Positions 38,752-52,423 of a stretch of DNA of 64,000 bases are shown piece after piece. This DNA comes from Kudoa neothunni. Its lineage: Eukaryota > Animalia > Cnidaria. The stretch lies in NCBI GenBank assembly GCA_964304625.1, contig OZ199839.1, positions 4,389,292-4,453,291 of the forward strand. The letters run 5' to 3'. The notes beneath the pieces were generated by a model, which made no database searches, was not told the DNA's origin, and was given only the letters and a program-made list of their open reading frames with translations. Made by a program: the position numbers and the translations under genes. The first letter of the stretch is position 1, and every line of letters starts with the position of its first letter.

Positions 38752-41700
38752 ATGAATTTATTAATAATATTTATAAATTTTGCTTTCATCGTATATTCCT
38801 ACAAAATACCTCCGCCAAGATACAAGAGGAATGCTGAGTTCGGTACCGGCACTAAGGCAAAACCACATATTGTTTTAATAACAGCCTCCGAATTGGTAAT
38901 CTCCAAAAATTGTACATATTGCATCTATCTTTATACTATATTAGGGATGGGATGATATAAGTCAACATGGTTCCCCACTTGCTCTAACTCCTAATTTGCA
39001 TACTCTAGCCAAACATGGAATTCATTTTAGTCATCACTATATTACACCCTGGGACTTTACCACCAGAGTTGAATTATATACTGGTGAATACGCCAGTCAT
39101 CAAGGTAATAATCATTTCTGATTTATGATACAGGTTTTTTGTTTAATTGAAAACCAAATTCAATTATTAAAACTGGGATCCTTATATTAAATTTCATGGG
39201 ATAAAAAGGCTTCCAACATAAAACATATATTTATGAATACTAAAAATAGCTTCGGGAATAAATTCCAATGTTTCTATGAACTTTATTGTTATCAATAATA
39301 ATTCAAAATTGATCTTTACATTTAAATATATCTATGACGAGTTGAATCGAATTTTTCTCCAGAGTAAAGTGAGGCTCTATTAAGAATATTTATTATGCCG
39401 TTAATTACAATTATTTATTTATAAACTAGTTTATGTGGCGTAATTTACTTTTAAATGAGTAAAGAAAGGCGTGAATACTTCCATTGCTTTTATCAGTGCG
39501 AGAAATAATCGTCTAAATAGGTCTATCCGAATAATTCAAATGAAATTGTTGAATCTTAATAAGTTTTAATCAGATTTTAGCCAACGTTTGTATTAACAAT
39601 AATCGCTCGCAAAATTTTCATTTTTATTTAAGTTTAACTTAATTTCAGAGGTAATTTACCATTTCTTTTCTAGGACTACAACACGGAAATATTACGAATG
39701 GCCAGCCAATTGGCTTGAATATAACTACAAAAATTTTACCGGAATACCTGAAAGAATTGGGTTACAACACTACGTTATTAGGAAAGTGGGGTTTAGGATT
39801 CTATAAGAAGCAGTTGACTCCAACGAATAAAGGGTTTAATTACTTTAAAGGATCGCTGGGATTCGATAGCATAGACTACTACAATTATACCAGTAAAGCA
39901 AGATATGAAGGTTACGATTTGTACGAGAACGAACAAGTAAATTATTTCTCAATATTTTTATGTACAAAATGTAAATTTAGCCATTTTACTCGAATGATGA
40001 ACAACATTTAACAGAGTTGTTGACTGATGAAGCCACCAAAATCATTCATAATCAAATAAACTGTACCAAGCCATTGTTTTTACATGTTTCCTTCCAATCT
40101 CCTCAATTCGCATCCACTACAAATAAACCACAAGTCCCTGACCATTGGTTGAAACCGTTCGAGGGCATATTTAATGACACTGATAGAACTGGGCATTCCG
40201 GTAGGTAAATTCAGTTGGCTTGAATATGATTTTATTCTAGCAATGGTTCTCTCATTGGACGTTGCGATCGGAAAAATTATGGATGCCTTGTCGGTTGCAA
40301 ATATTTTTGACGACACATTCTTCGTATTTCTCACCACCTCCACCTCTAAGTCTTGCTCAAGTGTTCATGCCGTTGGTTGTAACTATCCACTGAAAGGTGG
40401 CAAGGGAACCTATTGGGAAGGCGGAGTTCGTTCAATGGCGATGGTCTATTCCGGTGATATTACTACGCCCGGTAATAATCTTTCTTAGTTTAATTTTCTA
40501 ATCAAGTTTCTAGGAATAACAATTAAAGATACTATACATATCACTGATTGGATGCCAACCATTCTAAATTTAGCTTCCAAAGGACAGTCTTCAAATCTTT
40601 TGAGCACACTTCATGGTTTTGATATATCTAACATCATTTCCAAAAGTGAGAAATCCAAAAGAGAGTTTATTCTACATGGTTACGATCCTCTAGCGAGTAA
40701 GTTCTAATATCATTCAGTGGAATGTGTAAAAAAATATAGACAACAGTGGTGCTATTCGATTACGTGATTATAAACTTGTCATTAATCAGCAAATAGATGA
40801 GCGAAGCGACTGGACTAAATATTTTGCGTTTGATCGAAATAAAACAAGAAATCTTGAAATCCCAGGCTTTAGACCTAAATCAAACGCAAAACCAGACGTT
40901 GAATCGGTGATTTTGTGTGACAGTGGTTTTCCACACCCTTACTTACGACTGAGAGCTCCTCCATGCAATCCGTCGGAAAAACCTTGTCTTTTCAACATCC
41001 TCTGGGATCCGTGTGAGTATCACAATCTCGCGGACTTTTTACCAAAAACAGCTCATTATCTCTATGAAAACACAAAGATGATTCTAGATTCTGGTTATAT
41101 AAAAAAACCACTCTATCCAGAGTTCGATAATAAGTCGGATCCTAAAAATTTCAATAACACATGGGCACCTTGGATCCAATCAAACTTTGACAACAATAAA
41201 CTAAAATTAGAAAATCTCTCCAATCTATTGGAAGAAGATAAAATCATTATTCTTAATAATAAGATCCAGAAAAACAACAGTGCCAATGATTCATCCAAAT
41301 TTAGTAATATGACAGCTGGTACAGCTAGAACATCATCTGCAGCGAATGCTGAAAAAGATGCTTTTCCGTACCAGCTAATAAATGAAAACGAGCTAGACAA
41401 CTTCGGTCAAGATGGTGCTTCGGATAATTTTGGAAAGTACGGGAGTAATAAGATCTTGAAAATCAGCTGTGAAGAATTGGACTACTATAACTATACGATC
41501 GAATGTATTAGTGTTGCTAATTCTGCTGACAAAGATGGATCCTCTAATAATATATTTGATGGTTATGACGATCGGAAGAATATAGACTTGGTTAAACTTG
41601 GAACCTATGTGGAAAATATGACGGACAAAATATTACTGGATGACCAATTTAAACTAGATAATAATGACAATGTTTCCGCTCGCTCAAATGCGACGGATTT

Positions 41701-43893
41701 CTCTGAAAATGACCCGTTTAAACAGTCATTTAATAAGCTTATGGATAACGGCAATCAAAGCAACAGCCCAACTGATCTGACTGGTGGAAAAATCGAGAAA
41801 AATATAAGTGTTACTCCTTTCCAAAACATTACTCGAATTTCACCTGGAAATGAAACTCATCCTATTCCAGTAAATGTTGAAAGATTTAGCATAGATGAAG
41901 TAAACGAGAACTATTGTATTCGATTATTTGATTCACTGTCTACATTTAGAAACCAGAAAGATCCATGGATAAAAATGAAACGATTTCTTCAACCACCACT
42001 AATGCTCCGACCACTCCCAATGTAACGCATACAGTCGGCCAAGAAAGTAGTATTCTCATTATAATACGTTATCAAAATCTTATCTAATGTCTTTAGTTGA
42101 AAATAAAAACGAATCATTAGCAAATGACGAGATGAAGAAAAAACTGGAGAGTTCTTTTAAGATAGCAAAAGCTGAAGGATCAACTAAATTAATTGGTCCA
42201 TTCGACGAGAAAAACTCAACATTAAAACTGTTGACTAACGCTATCGCTGGAAATATTACTGATGAGAAGAAAGAAAATTATCTCAGCGAATTAAACACAG
42301 ATCAAAATAATCCTAATATCGACTGGCATTTGACATCGAAAGCTGTGAGTATAGACTTTTCTCCCAACGTGACACAAACTAATTGGACGACTATGGAACA
42401 TCCTAATTGGGAAAATAAAACAAATTATGGTTTGTCGAACTTCACGAAGATTGAAAAATTTTCAAATACGCGAACGAATTTTAGCAATTTTGGTGGTGAA
42501 GCAAGAAACATTCCAAGCGGGCCGCCTCCCGATCCCCAGGTTAAAAGTGATGTAAAGGCAATAGCCAATGCAAACAAGGGTGAAAATATCAATGTGAGTA
42601 CTCTCTCGTTAAATGAGTCACAGAAACCAAATTCAACCATCCAAAACACGGTCCAAAAACCAGAATACGGTCCAATAAACGCTCCAATCCATAATACTAC
42701 CAACAACACATCTCAGAAATCACTTATAAAAGATGGAGATTCATTTAGGTCGTTAGAAATAATTAACGAACCATTAGATCAAAATGCAACTCTGTGGAAA
42801 AATAAGTGTGATTGTGGCAATGGAGGTGTATCGTGCGATAAGTGTGCTGAGGCACCATCGAAAGATAAATCAGCCCTGATCAACAGTTTTGAAAAGTCAA
42901 AAAAACAGTAACAATCAGAATTTAGTCAACACTAACCGAGTTACTGGACAAAAAATTGACGGAATTCCATTCAGTGGCCAAATAGAAATGTCCAACAAAA
43001 AATTCAATGTAGAAGGTACTGTAATGGAAGACAGCCAAGGAAAAACTATCACTAATGGTGATTACTCAGTATCTTCCAGTAATGATAATATGATTGGAAT
43101 GAGTTTGTTGAAAAACGGAGGATACGACCCGAAACAACAAAATCATAATCCAGAGTTAGAGTTTATGGAATCATCTGCAAATCTCAAATTGACGCCACTC
43201 ACAAATGACCATTTCAAAAAACATACAAAACAAAATAAAACACGTATACTACGAACTAAAAAAGGATTGATAGAATTAGTTGGAGAGCTAGGTGATTCAA
43301 ACGAAGAAGATTCCACTCCTACTCCCAATAGCTCGGCTCCCAAAAACGAATCATCAGTTAGTAAAATAATTTCCAATTTAGAAAAACTGCTAGCTAACAG
43401 TGTTCCAACTGAAAACAACACCTTAGACAATATCAAAGATCTATTTAAATCTCGCATGATGGATATGCTTGCCAATCACCAGCTATCAGAAAATGCCACA
43501 ACTCTACCAAATAATGGCACAACCACTCTTAACAATAGCCAACCACTAGGTAATGAAAACAAAACAAATAGTTCTGTTTTGAGCAATGAGATCTCTGGCC
43601 AAAAGAAAACTTTCACTAATCCTCAACAACCTCCAAACACAAATGATGCCAAGAAGGATTCAATAACCATTAACGATAGTGGTGCTAAAACAAATCAAGT
43701 CGCTACATTGATTGCTATTATTCTTGCTGGGTTGATCGTGATCGGTATGGGTGTTGTAGCTGTAGTTGCTGTTGTTGCAAAATCGATAGACGAACGCTCG
43801 AAATCATCCAAATCAAAACTTTCCAAAGATAAACAACGTACCAGTTCTCCAAGAGCTCATCGCCTTAGAGAGAAAATACCTTTCAATACCTAA
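38752..43893 (+). CDS. Arylsulfatase B/I/J-like type I membrane protein, predicted catalytically inactive, with long Asn/Thr/Ser-rich stalk and C-terminal transmembrane helix
   Basis: Signal peptide MNLLIIFINFAFIVYS. KPHIVLITASELGWDDISQHGS...TPNLHTLAKHG...TPWDFTTRVELYTGEY...GLQH...LPEYLKELGYNTTLLGKWGLG...NYPLKGGKGTYWEGGVR...IHITDWMPT...CLFNILWDPCEYHNLA. About 9 exons. TM helix VATLIAIILAGLIVIGMGVVAVVAVVA followed by a basic tail. One +1 frameshift in an A7 run at about 42900. Confidence 0.87.
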
Positions 43894-45048
43894 GTGTAGA
43901 ATACTTCGCTTCGTCCACATCTCTATTACCTTAGTTTATGTGCTAGTGTTGATTGATTTATGTTTAATGCTGAATTTGCAGATATAATTTCTTAAAAATA
44001 AAAGCCAAAAATAATTCTTTTAATTTTATTAATAATCTTACAAAAATGGTATGCATTTTAGCAAAAAAAGATTTTACTCATCAATCAATTCTAAAATGAA
44101 TTAATATATCTAAATAAGTAGTTAGCACAATACAGCATCAATAATAATTTACTCGTTATATTTCAGTTAATTCAATACTTCGTGTCATTTTATTAAAATA
44201 ATAATTTATTTTTATTTGTTAATCTTTAATTTTAATTTAAGAAGATAAAATGTCTAATGTAAGATACAAACGAATTTTTCTAAAAGTTCCCCATAATAGT
44301 AGTTAATTTTAAATGTAAATATAAGTGTATTCTTTGAGATATTTAAAAAATTATATTCTTTTAAGTAATTATTAAAATATTACGTAGCAACATTTGAGAA
44401 GGGAAGTGTTCGGTTATATCCTAACAGTTCTATATTTTAATAAGAAAATTTAACAACACTTAAACAACCACTTACATATTTGCAATTTTGTTTTCAATCA
44501 AAACGAGGCTCATAAGAAAAATTTTATCTGTTACATTGGGAAACCGTTCTACGACATTACACATTTTATTTCATAATATTTAAAAAATTTTTCACATTGA
44601 TGGAATGAAAAATACAATGAATATGTTATGGCTGTAATGATCTGCGAAGCTCGCCTGTAAACATTTCGAATAAAATTGGAGGGTCGATTTCATCGCGCCA
44701 GAGGCCTGTGACTTGCAGCTGATATTGTGTTAAATTAATTTGATAAATATGTTAAAAACGCAAGAAAAATATATTTATTAAAATTATAATGCAAATAAGC
44801 GAAATCCACTTTAATTAATTAGAAAATAATTATCAATTACAATCTCCAATCTCCAATATAAAGGACGTGTTTTTATCAAGGAAGAGCGTTTAATTTCTAA
44901 ATTTCGAAATAACATCATCTATGTGGGCATATTACTTTAAACTCCCATTTTTTGATTATAAGAGATATAAGAAGATTGATTTTTTCTTAACCAAATTGAA
45001 TTATTTTAGGTTTATTGGATAATACACAAGTTAAACGCGAGTTATTAT

Positions 45049-47241
45049 AGATGGCTACTATGCAATTGCTAGAAAATTAATTTACAAATCTATAATAAAT
45101 AATGGCATCGTTTCTGATCCATTTAATTGATTTTTTACCTTTTTCAATTAGTTTTATCGCATAATTTTTGTCTTCAGCAATCATTTCTAAAAGATTCAAA
45201 TTCAATAATATTTTCCACTTTTTTTACGAATCTCCTGGAATATTCCCACAAATATCTAAACGTACACCAATCATTAAATTGAAGCACTTGCTAATGCAAA
45301 AATAAGCTTTTTATATTAAATTAGAGATTAAAATAAACAGTGATGACTAAAATTATCTCGATTTTTGGAATTGTCTGCATATGCTGATAAGTTGAAATAT
45401 TCCTAAAAGTATTGACCTAAAATGTATTCACTTAATGAAGGCAGAGGCTATTCGCACTGTAAATTTTAATCTCAATCTGTGCGCGTGCATACTCAGCGCG
45501 TTTTTAAATCGTCACGTCTTATTCGAAAGTTCGATGCAGATTTAATTATTTAGAATTTGCTATATATAGTTATTTTCGGCCCATTTTTTCGCTTTTAGGA
45601 TTGAGAAATAATTACATATAGTAAAACCCACAAGCAAAAATTCGCCGGTGCAAACGCAATGCACTTAACTATAATTAATTTTCTCTATAATCACGAAAAG
45701 ACGACAAATCTAAATTATAATAATATAATAAATAAAGCTAAATCAATTTCCAACTATGAGTTTTTGCTATTCTCTCTAGATAGAACAATCCATAATATAT
45801 AATATCGGTGATAATTCAACGCTATTTCCTTCAATTTGGTAAACTTCTCTTCTTTCTTTAAATTTTCCGCTGAGGAAGGATTGCACATCAGAAAATTAAT
45901 ATCTTGTTCAACAAGACTCTGAGTCTCTTAATTTCTCAATGAATATTGGTAATCCAGGATGCGTTTGATCAAAACAGCCGTAAAAATGACGATGGAAATT
46001 CTCGGCAGCATTGCGTTAGTTGTTAGATCAGTTCCATCCATCAGTCTATCGTACGCATTCCATGATAAATTTTGATACTTGTAATTTTGAATAAAATTTC
46101 CTTCGAAATAGTTAAAAAATGAAGATAATTCATTTATCTCAAGATTTTTGGATTTTTGCTTTAATTTTACAAATTCGTGTTTTAATGTATCAAGCGGTAC
46201 AAAGGCTAACAATGTAAAACACTTGATAAACAGGCGAAAATCAGAATCATCGCAATATCTGGTCTCCAAACCTAAATTTTGGATTTTCCCCCATATGCAT
46301 TGCCCAAAATGAAACAAACAATGAAATGTGTTGGAATGTTTTGATGCTTTTTAAAAGCATTGGAAGCGGGACGTTCAAAATCAAATATAATACTTGTGGG
46401 AACTTGAATTGAACGTTAGCCTTGTCTTTTAATATCAATAAAACCCTTTCATAGCTCTCTTGGAATTTATCAACCATTAGGACAAAAATCAACGGAAAAA
46501 TTCTACCAAATATTTTACCGTGGATCATGTATACTTGATAAAATTTGTTAGGAACCGCATTAAACGTACCATCAGATACCCACGTTTCGCAATTATTTAG
46601 GTGTACTATATTATTATCTGTTGTGAATATTATAATTCTATTGGTCGACTTGGACCCAGAATCATACAAACAAAACTGTCCTTGCATATGCGTAACAATG
46701 TTTTGTTTGCTTAAATCGATTTCCAAGTCCATAGTAACATAATTTCTCTTTCGAGAGTTCTGGATGTTTTTGTGAATATTCTTTGGGGAATTGTGGGTAT
46801 TTCACTTATTCTGTTTGTTGTAGTTTTAATTGAATAAATTTTGGAGGGTGGATAATGATTATTTTCAGCCAGTAATTTTACGTCACAGTAGAAAACCTTT
46901 TTATTTATTTCTTCATCAGAAACTGTACGGTCGTGATAGCCTCTTTTCTCGATGCTATCAATTTTATCGCTAAGCGTTGTCGATAATTGGCCCTTACATT
47001 TCCTGACGTCACATCTCCAATATTGTTATTCTTAGTGTAATCTTTAACATAAAAAAATCCCTCGTAAAGAATTTTATCGCTTCCGCGTTGTGTTTTTAAT
47101 GGAACGTACTTATTATTGGAATTATCCTTTCCCGTCATAGCCCTGTTTGTCAATTGTAGCATTGCGCTCGCGCAAACAGGGTTTTAGCCATCTCAAATCT
47201 AGCAAAACCTGAATATTTTTTACCGTTCTAGTAGCCACCTC
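45049..47241 (-). mobile_element. MULE element with frameshifted FLYWCH-MULE transposase
   Basis: KTQRGSDKILYEGFFYVKD (FLYWCH-like), WVSDGTFNAVPNKFYQVYMIHG...PLIFVLMVDKFQESY, FHFGQCIWGKIQNLGL, LLAFVP, LTTNA. Short imperfect TIR AG(A/G)TGGCTACTA; no TSD seen, so the ends are tentative. Confidence 0.8.
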
Positions 47242-47465
47242 GTTAAATCAATTCACTATGAGGATAAATAGACTAAGCCAACTTAAAACACAACCTAAAA
47301 GTTCCTAATTTATAAATGACAACTGGACGAAAAATACACAAATAAAAATCAAAGATGCTTAATATCTGAAATATATCAAAAAAATATTTATGCTATTATA
47401 ACGATATTAATAGTAGAAATGCTTCAGGGAATAAAAACTTCACGGACACAACTTCACAGTAAGGT

Positions 47466-50400
47466 TCATAACAATGACATTATTTTTTTGGAGATAGCCG
47501 TAGTTAACTCAGATAGGTTTGATCTTACAGTTAATCTCATAGTCTATAAAATATTCAGAGTTAAAGCAATAAATATTGACTTACAGCACTATCAATTTTC
47601 GTCTCAAGCCTTGTTATGCAACCAGCAACAAATGCCTGGCAGTAGAATGCGGATGCAGTTACAAAATTCATTGGATTAGGATCAATGCCATTGAGAATTT
47701 CCATATTTAGAGATTTTAACTATGTAAAAGTAAAACAACGTAAATATCAACAAATCAACCTTTTCAGTAATGTAGGCACTATCAAATACCCTGGAAGCTT
47801 CAAAAATCTCAATATTCTCAAGTTCAGGACTAAATCAAAGTGCAATTCAACATTAGGTCTAAACAAACATCATTCACGAATAGCTTACCTAGCCATATTA
47901 TTCCATATGTTAACAAAAATTGGAGAGTTCTATAGTGTATGGCATCATATAGTTGACCACACTGACCGGTAACATCAACGGTAGTATTTTCACGTTTTGT
48001 AAATCATTAGAAGACCTAACAGACCAATCAAAAATAAAGTTGAGATAAATTTATGTATACAACAAATGAATAGTGATGGTAACGCCCAAACTCAACGGTG
48101 AGTTGCACACAGATTGAAAATTAAAAGAACAGCCACCGGAGAATATTTTTGTGCAATCGGGAGTGAATGTCGAAAACAAAACTTCTACATAGTTGGTAGT
48201 TGGTGTTTGTTAAAGACTCATAATATATGCATTACCTTTCGATTCAGACGTAGAATAATTCACAACTTTTAAGTGAATATAAGGATCTGTTGATTCCAGG
48301 CGTATTTCATGAGATCCAACGCTCTGATTATATATAGAAGCCATTTTTACAGTCAATGATTTGTCTTCAAAGAGGGTTCCAGAGTTCGATGTCAGAAATC
48401 TATATTTAAAGAGAATACATCAGGTGCAACGAAACGACCAAATCATCAGTTAAAGCTTCGAAATTTTGTATATAGAAATATTCATCTTTTAGATCATATA
48501 ACTTGAATATTATTTATGTAACGCAACTTTACTAATTTATGGAAGAACTCACTTGAACAAAGTTTCTACATAATATAATATATTCAATTTAAGAATTTAT
48601 ATTGGAACTGAATAATACTCAAGTTTTTATGGTTTATAGATAAAGTATGAACGGGAAAACAACAGTGACCATTATTTTATTCAAAATACTCCTTCTCTAG
48701 ATAGAGGTTAAATGAAACCTAACTTACTGTTTAATATCTAAATCAGTAGTCTAAACATTTTTTGTCGACCCCCCTCCAGAGATGTTATTAAAAAAATTAA
48801 AATATTCTTAGCTTTTCGACTAGAACAAATACAAATATATGCACTATATCCCATTAATATTCTATTTCCAATATATAATAAAATGCAAAATTATATTGAT
48901 GAAAAAATATTATTTATTAACAATGTAACATCAAAATATATCGGAAAAATTTAAGATATTTGCAAATATCTATACAGATATATATAATCCAGCCATGCCA
49001 CGAAAAACAACTATATTAGAGAATTTACCACAGCGAATCTGTTTTTCGTCATAAATCATTCTCAATAGGTCTCCCCAAGTAGGGTCGCTTGTATATGATT
49101 ATAGTTACATAATTTTGCACTAATTAAATACAACGTCAGATTTTTTTATATTAAACTACATCGTATACATAGAGAATTTAATATTTACTCGTGGCTGTCT
49201 TTAAAAGTTAATAAGAATATCTTCATCTTTACCTTAAAATAATTTGACGTAGCTGGAGGTCGATTGAAGAGTTTTTGAAGTGTCCGCAGGGGTTGAAAGG
49301 ACAATTGCAATTTATTATAATTATTTTCGTAGCTTTTATAATTTTTATTCAAATCAATCTTAAAAATAAGACTTATCCTTCTTAGTCAATTAAATACTTA
49401 ATTTAAACCATCGTTATTGTTTTACATTCTGTTCATAACAATCAGTACTAATGATCCTTTAAATTTAAGAAAAATTTAACGCTAATTTTATATGAGCTGC
49501 AATGTCTCTACATTAATGAAATTAAATAATTAGGAAAATTGGAGATCAATTTTAACCTATAAAATAAAACACAAATATTATTGGGTAGTTTTAATTAATT
49601 TTATTAAATAATGTAGAATGGAGTAGAAAGATGGGAAGAATTATCTTAAAAGCCCGTCAAATTCAGTGGAATCTCTTAACGCGTATCGATCCTCTTTCCG
49701 ACCTCTAACTTAATTAACGACCACATTGGAGAGCCATTGCATAGAACGTAAGAAAAAAATTAATTATTTTAATTTTAATCAGCTTTAAAATTCCGATTTT
49801 ACTCTATTTAGACTTTCAGCTACCTGTCTAAGAATGGAGCATTGAGGATTTGTCCATATGAAGGTAGGGTTGGAGTGGTTGACATTCGTGGAGATGGGGC
49901 GTTTTCCTTGATAGATGCAAGTGCTACACAAAAATCACCTATGAAAATAAAACATCATAAAACATACTATTTGAGGATTCAACAAATTGCGTGGCTTTGG
50001 CAGACTCATCTCCGGATAGAAGATCAGTGGCACTAGATACGAGATTATCTTGTTGAATGCTTCTATCGGCACTCTCGATAATTTCATCTTCACATCCATC
50101 GCTCTCTGTGTATTCGAACACTGGCATTTCGCTCAATACTATAAAGGTGTTGAGTATTATGCGCCGGTAAAAAGAGTTCGTTACCCACAGACAGCATATT
50201 ATTATCTTTGGTGAGTAGTTGTCTGTATTCACATGCCCGTTGTTGAAGTTCGGTGTCAATATTTTGGGTGACAATGTTGTTGTTGAAAAACTATACACCA
50301 TAACATTACACTCAAAGCAAATGGCACACGTACGTCGGTGATTTGCTGCCTAAGAGTGGCTTGATTGAATGCCATTTTAGCCAGGGCAGTGAGTATAATA

Positions 50401-52423
50401 TTTTTTGTGCTAACACCATAAAAAGGAAACAACCCAATGACCAAAGAGTATTGGGATTGAGAGCTGAACGAGGTCTGTTTGCAAACGAGGTGGCCGTACT
50501 CACCGATAAGATACACGCCAAGTTTGGCGATATATTCGGAACTGTTGGGATGGTTGAGATAATTTATCAGAGTTTTGACCGAGTATTCTTGAATGTCTCT
50601 GTATTCGCAGACGGTTTGAGCAATTTTAAACCATACTTCTTCGCCGGCCAATTCTCTTCCATGGATCAGCACGTTTATCATGCTGTCGATGTACCATTTG
50701 GCATCGGAGATACTTTTGGAGGCAATAGCACAGATTTTGAGTGATAGTTCTTCCCTTATACAGAATTCGGCATTCATTAGAAATTTGATCATATTTTCCA
50801 CTATTTTTTTCGAGTTGGATAAATCTCCAACACTGTATATAACGGAAACAGCTTGTAGTCGAAGGCCGGAATTTTTTTCAGAAACGATCAAATCTGAAAG
50901 TCGCTGAGAGAAATCTTTGATAATTACTCGAAACGATGGAGTGTGCTTCATTTTGATTAAATTCTCGAGGAAAAGGAATCGATAGTTGGTTTCAGCGGAA
51001 GACAGCATTTTGGAGAGATAGTTGTACGCTTGACTCAAGCATTCCTCATTGACCGTTTTGGATGCAACAACGCTGACCGCTTCGAATTTAATAGCATTCA
51101 ATATGTTGGAATAATGGATTTTTTTGCTGGATGACTTGTTTGGAGCATGTGGGTTTTCCAGCGAGAAAATTAGTTGCAGCAACTTGGATAACGGTAACGT
51201 GGATTCGTTTGATGGATTTAACAACTGTAACAACTGCAATGATTTAATTATAGTCCAAGGGGATATAATATTGTAATAGCTCAACGGAGAAATGGACGAG
51301 ATTACACATAGCTAATAAATTATAGTTGCACTAAATCAATTTAACAATCTTTAAAACCTACCTTGAAAAGATGTTGAATGATGGTGGGAAACAAGAAAGA
51401 CAAATTGTCTCCATTCACAAGTGCACCTTCATATAAAATATTGGTTATAGGTAACAACATCATCTATCAAATCAAACTAATAGTAAACAACAAAAACAAA
51501 CCAACTTCTAAAAAAATACTTCGGAAGCTGAGGAGTACATTTTTAAAATCTTGTTAAAAATTTCAGGATATTTAGAAATGTATTGTTTATCGTGCTTAAT
51601 GAAAGCCAAATAACAACTTAAATACATTTGATATTCACTGTTTTCTTGAGGTCTGTGTGTTGAAGAAATTAGATAGTTAAATTAACAACAAAATTCATCA
51701 CATCAACGATAATTGTTTGTGTAATACCGGACTCAATTCATCAATCATATCCTCATTTATAACAAATGGTATAAAGTGGGTAGCCATCATTACACTGTAA
51801 TAATTCAACGAACATAAATCAGATGCCACATTATTGATTATAATATGATTCAAATCGCTATCCTCACTGCTCGAGAGTAGAGACAAAAACAAATATCCCT
51901 ATACATCATCACATAATCCAATATATATACAATGTAGAGATACGACAAATAAATGACAAAATATAATACAATTTGTTTTTCGGATTGCTTGGCGGATGCC
52001 AACAAGAACGCTGCTTCCGATTGTCCAATGTTTACTTCGTATCCAAGTAAAAATATAAGAACTAATTTGGCGATATATTTTTTCCGATGGTAACCATCAA
52101 TGTTTTTGTCCGCTATTTAAAAAAATTCATCATCAGTATGATAAACCACTTAAATATCTGTAATTGGTTGCATACTTCTAAATTTATTTCTTATATTTGC
52201 CAACTCTTTGTTTACACGTTTGACCTCTGCTTCTCTAGATTTACCTACGTACATATAAACTATCAGTATCAATGATGATGCACATACACAAACGAATATC
52301 AGTGATGAATTGGGTTAAACCTTTCATTTGATCTTTGGTGTTGAATGCGGCCGCCTCAACTTTACCTTCTACAACGCAAGCACATATAAAATACAGTGGT
52401 CGTTTTCAAACCAAAGTTTCCAT
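47466..52423 (-). CDS. AP2A: AP-2 complex subunit alpha (alpha-adaptin), multi-exon
   Basis: [35 protein letters not shown]...DGYHRKKYIAKL...EKQIGYLFLS; YYNIISPW; ETNYRFLFLE; IREELSLKICAIA; YLIGEYGHLV; appendage RFLTSNSGTLFED...PNPMNFV...GCITRLE...MRLTVRS, stop at 47466. The start is either 52423 or the internal ATG at 52327. One 1.4 kb intron at about 48400-49823. Confidence 0.93.

Noticed and set aside
52406-52408. In-frame TGA between ATG 52423 and the AP2A coding frame (read-through or selenocysteine?)
   Set aside because: It follows a GT donor and is most simply intronic or in the 5' UTR. TGA is used as a normal stop in COA6 and AP2A.
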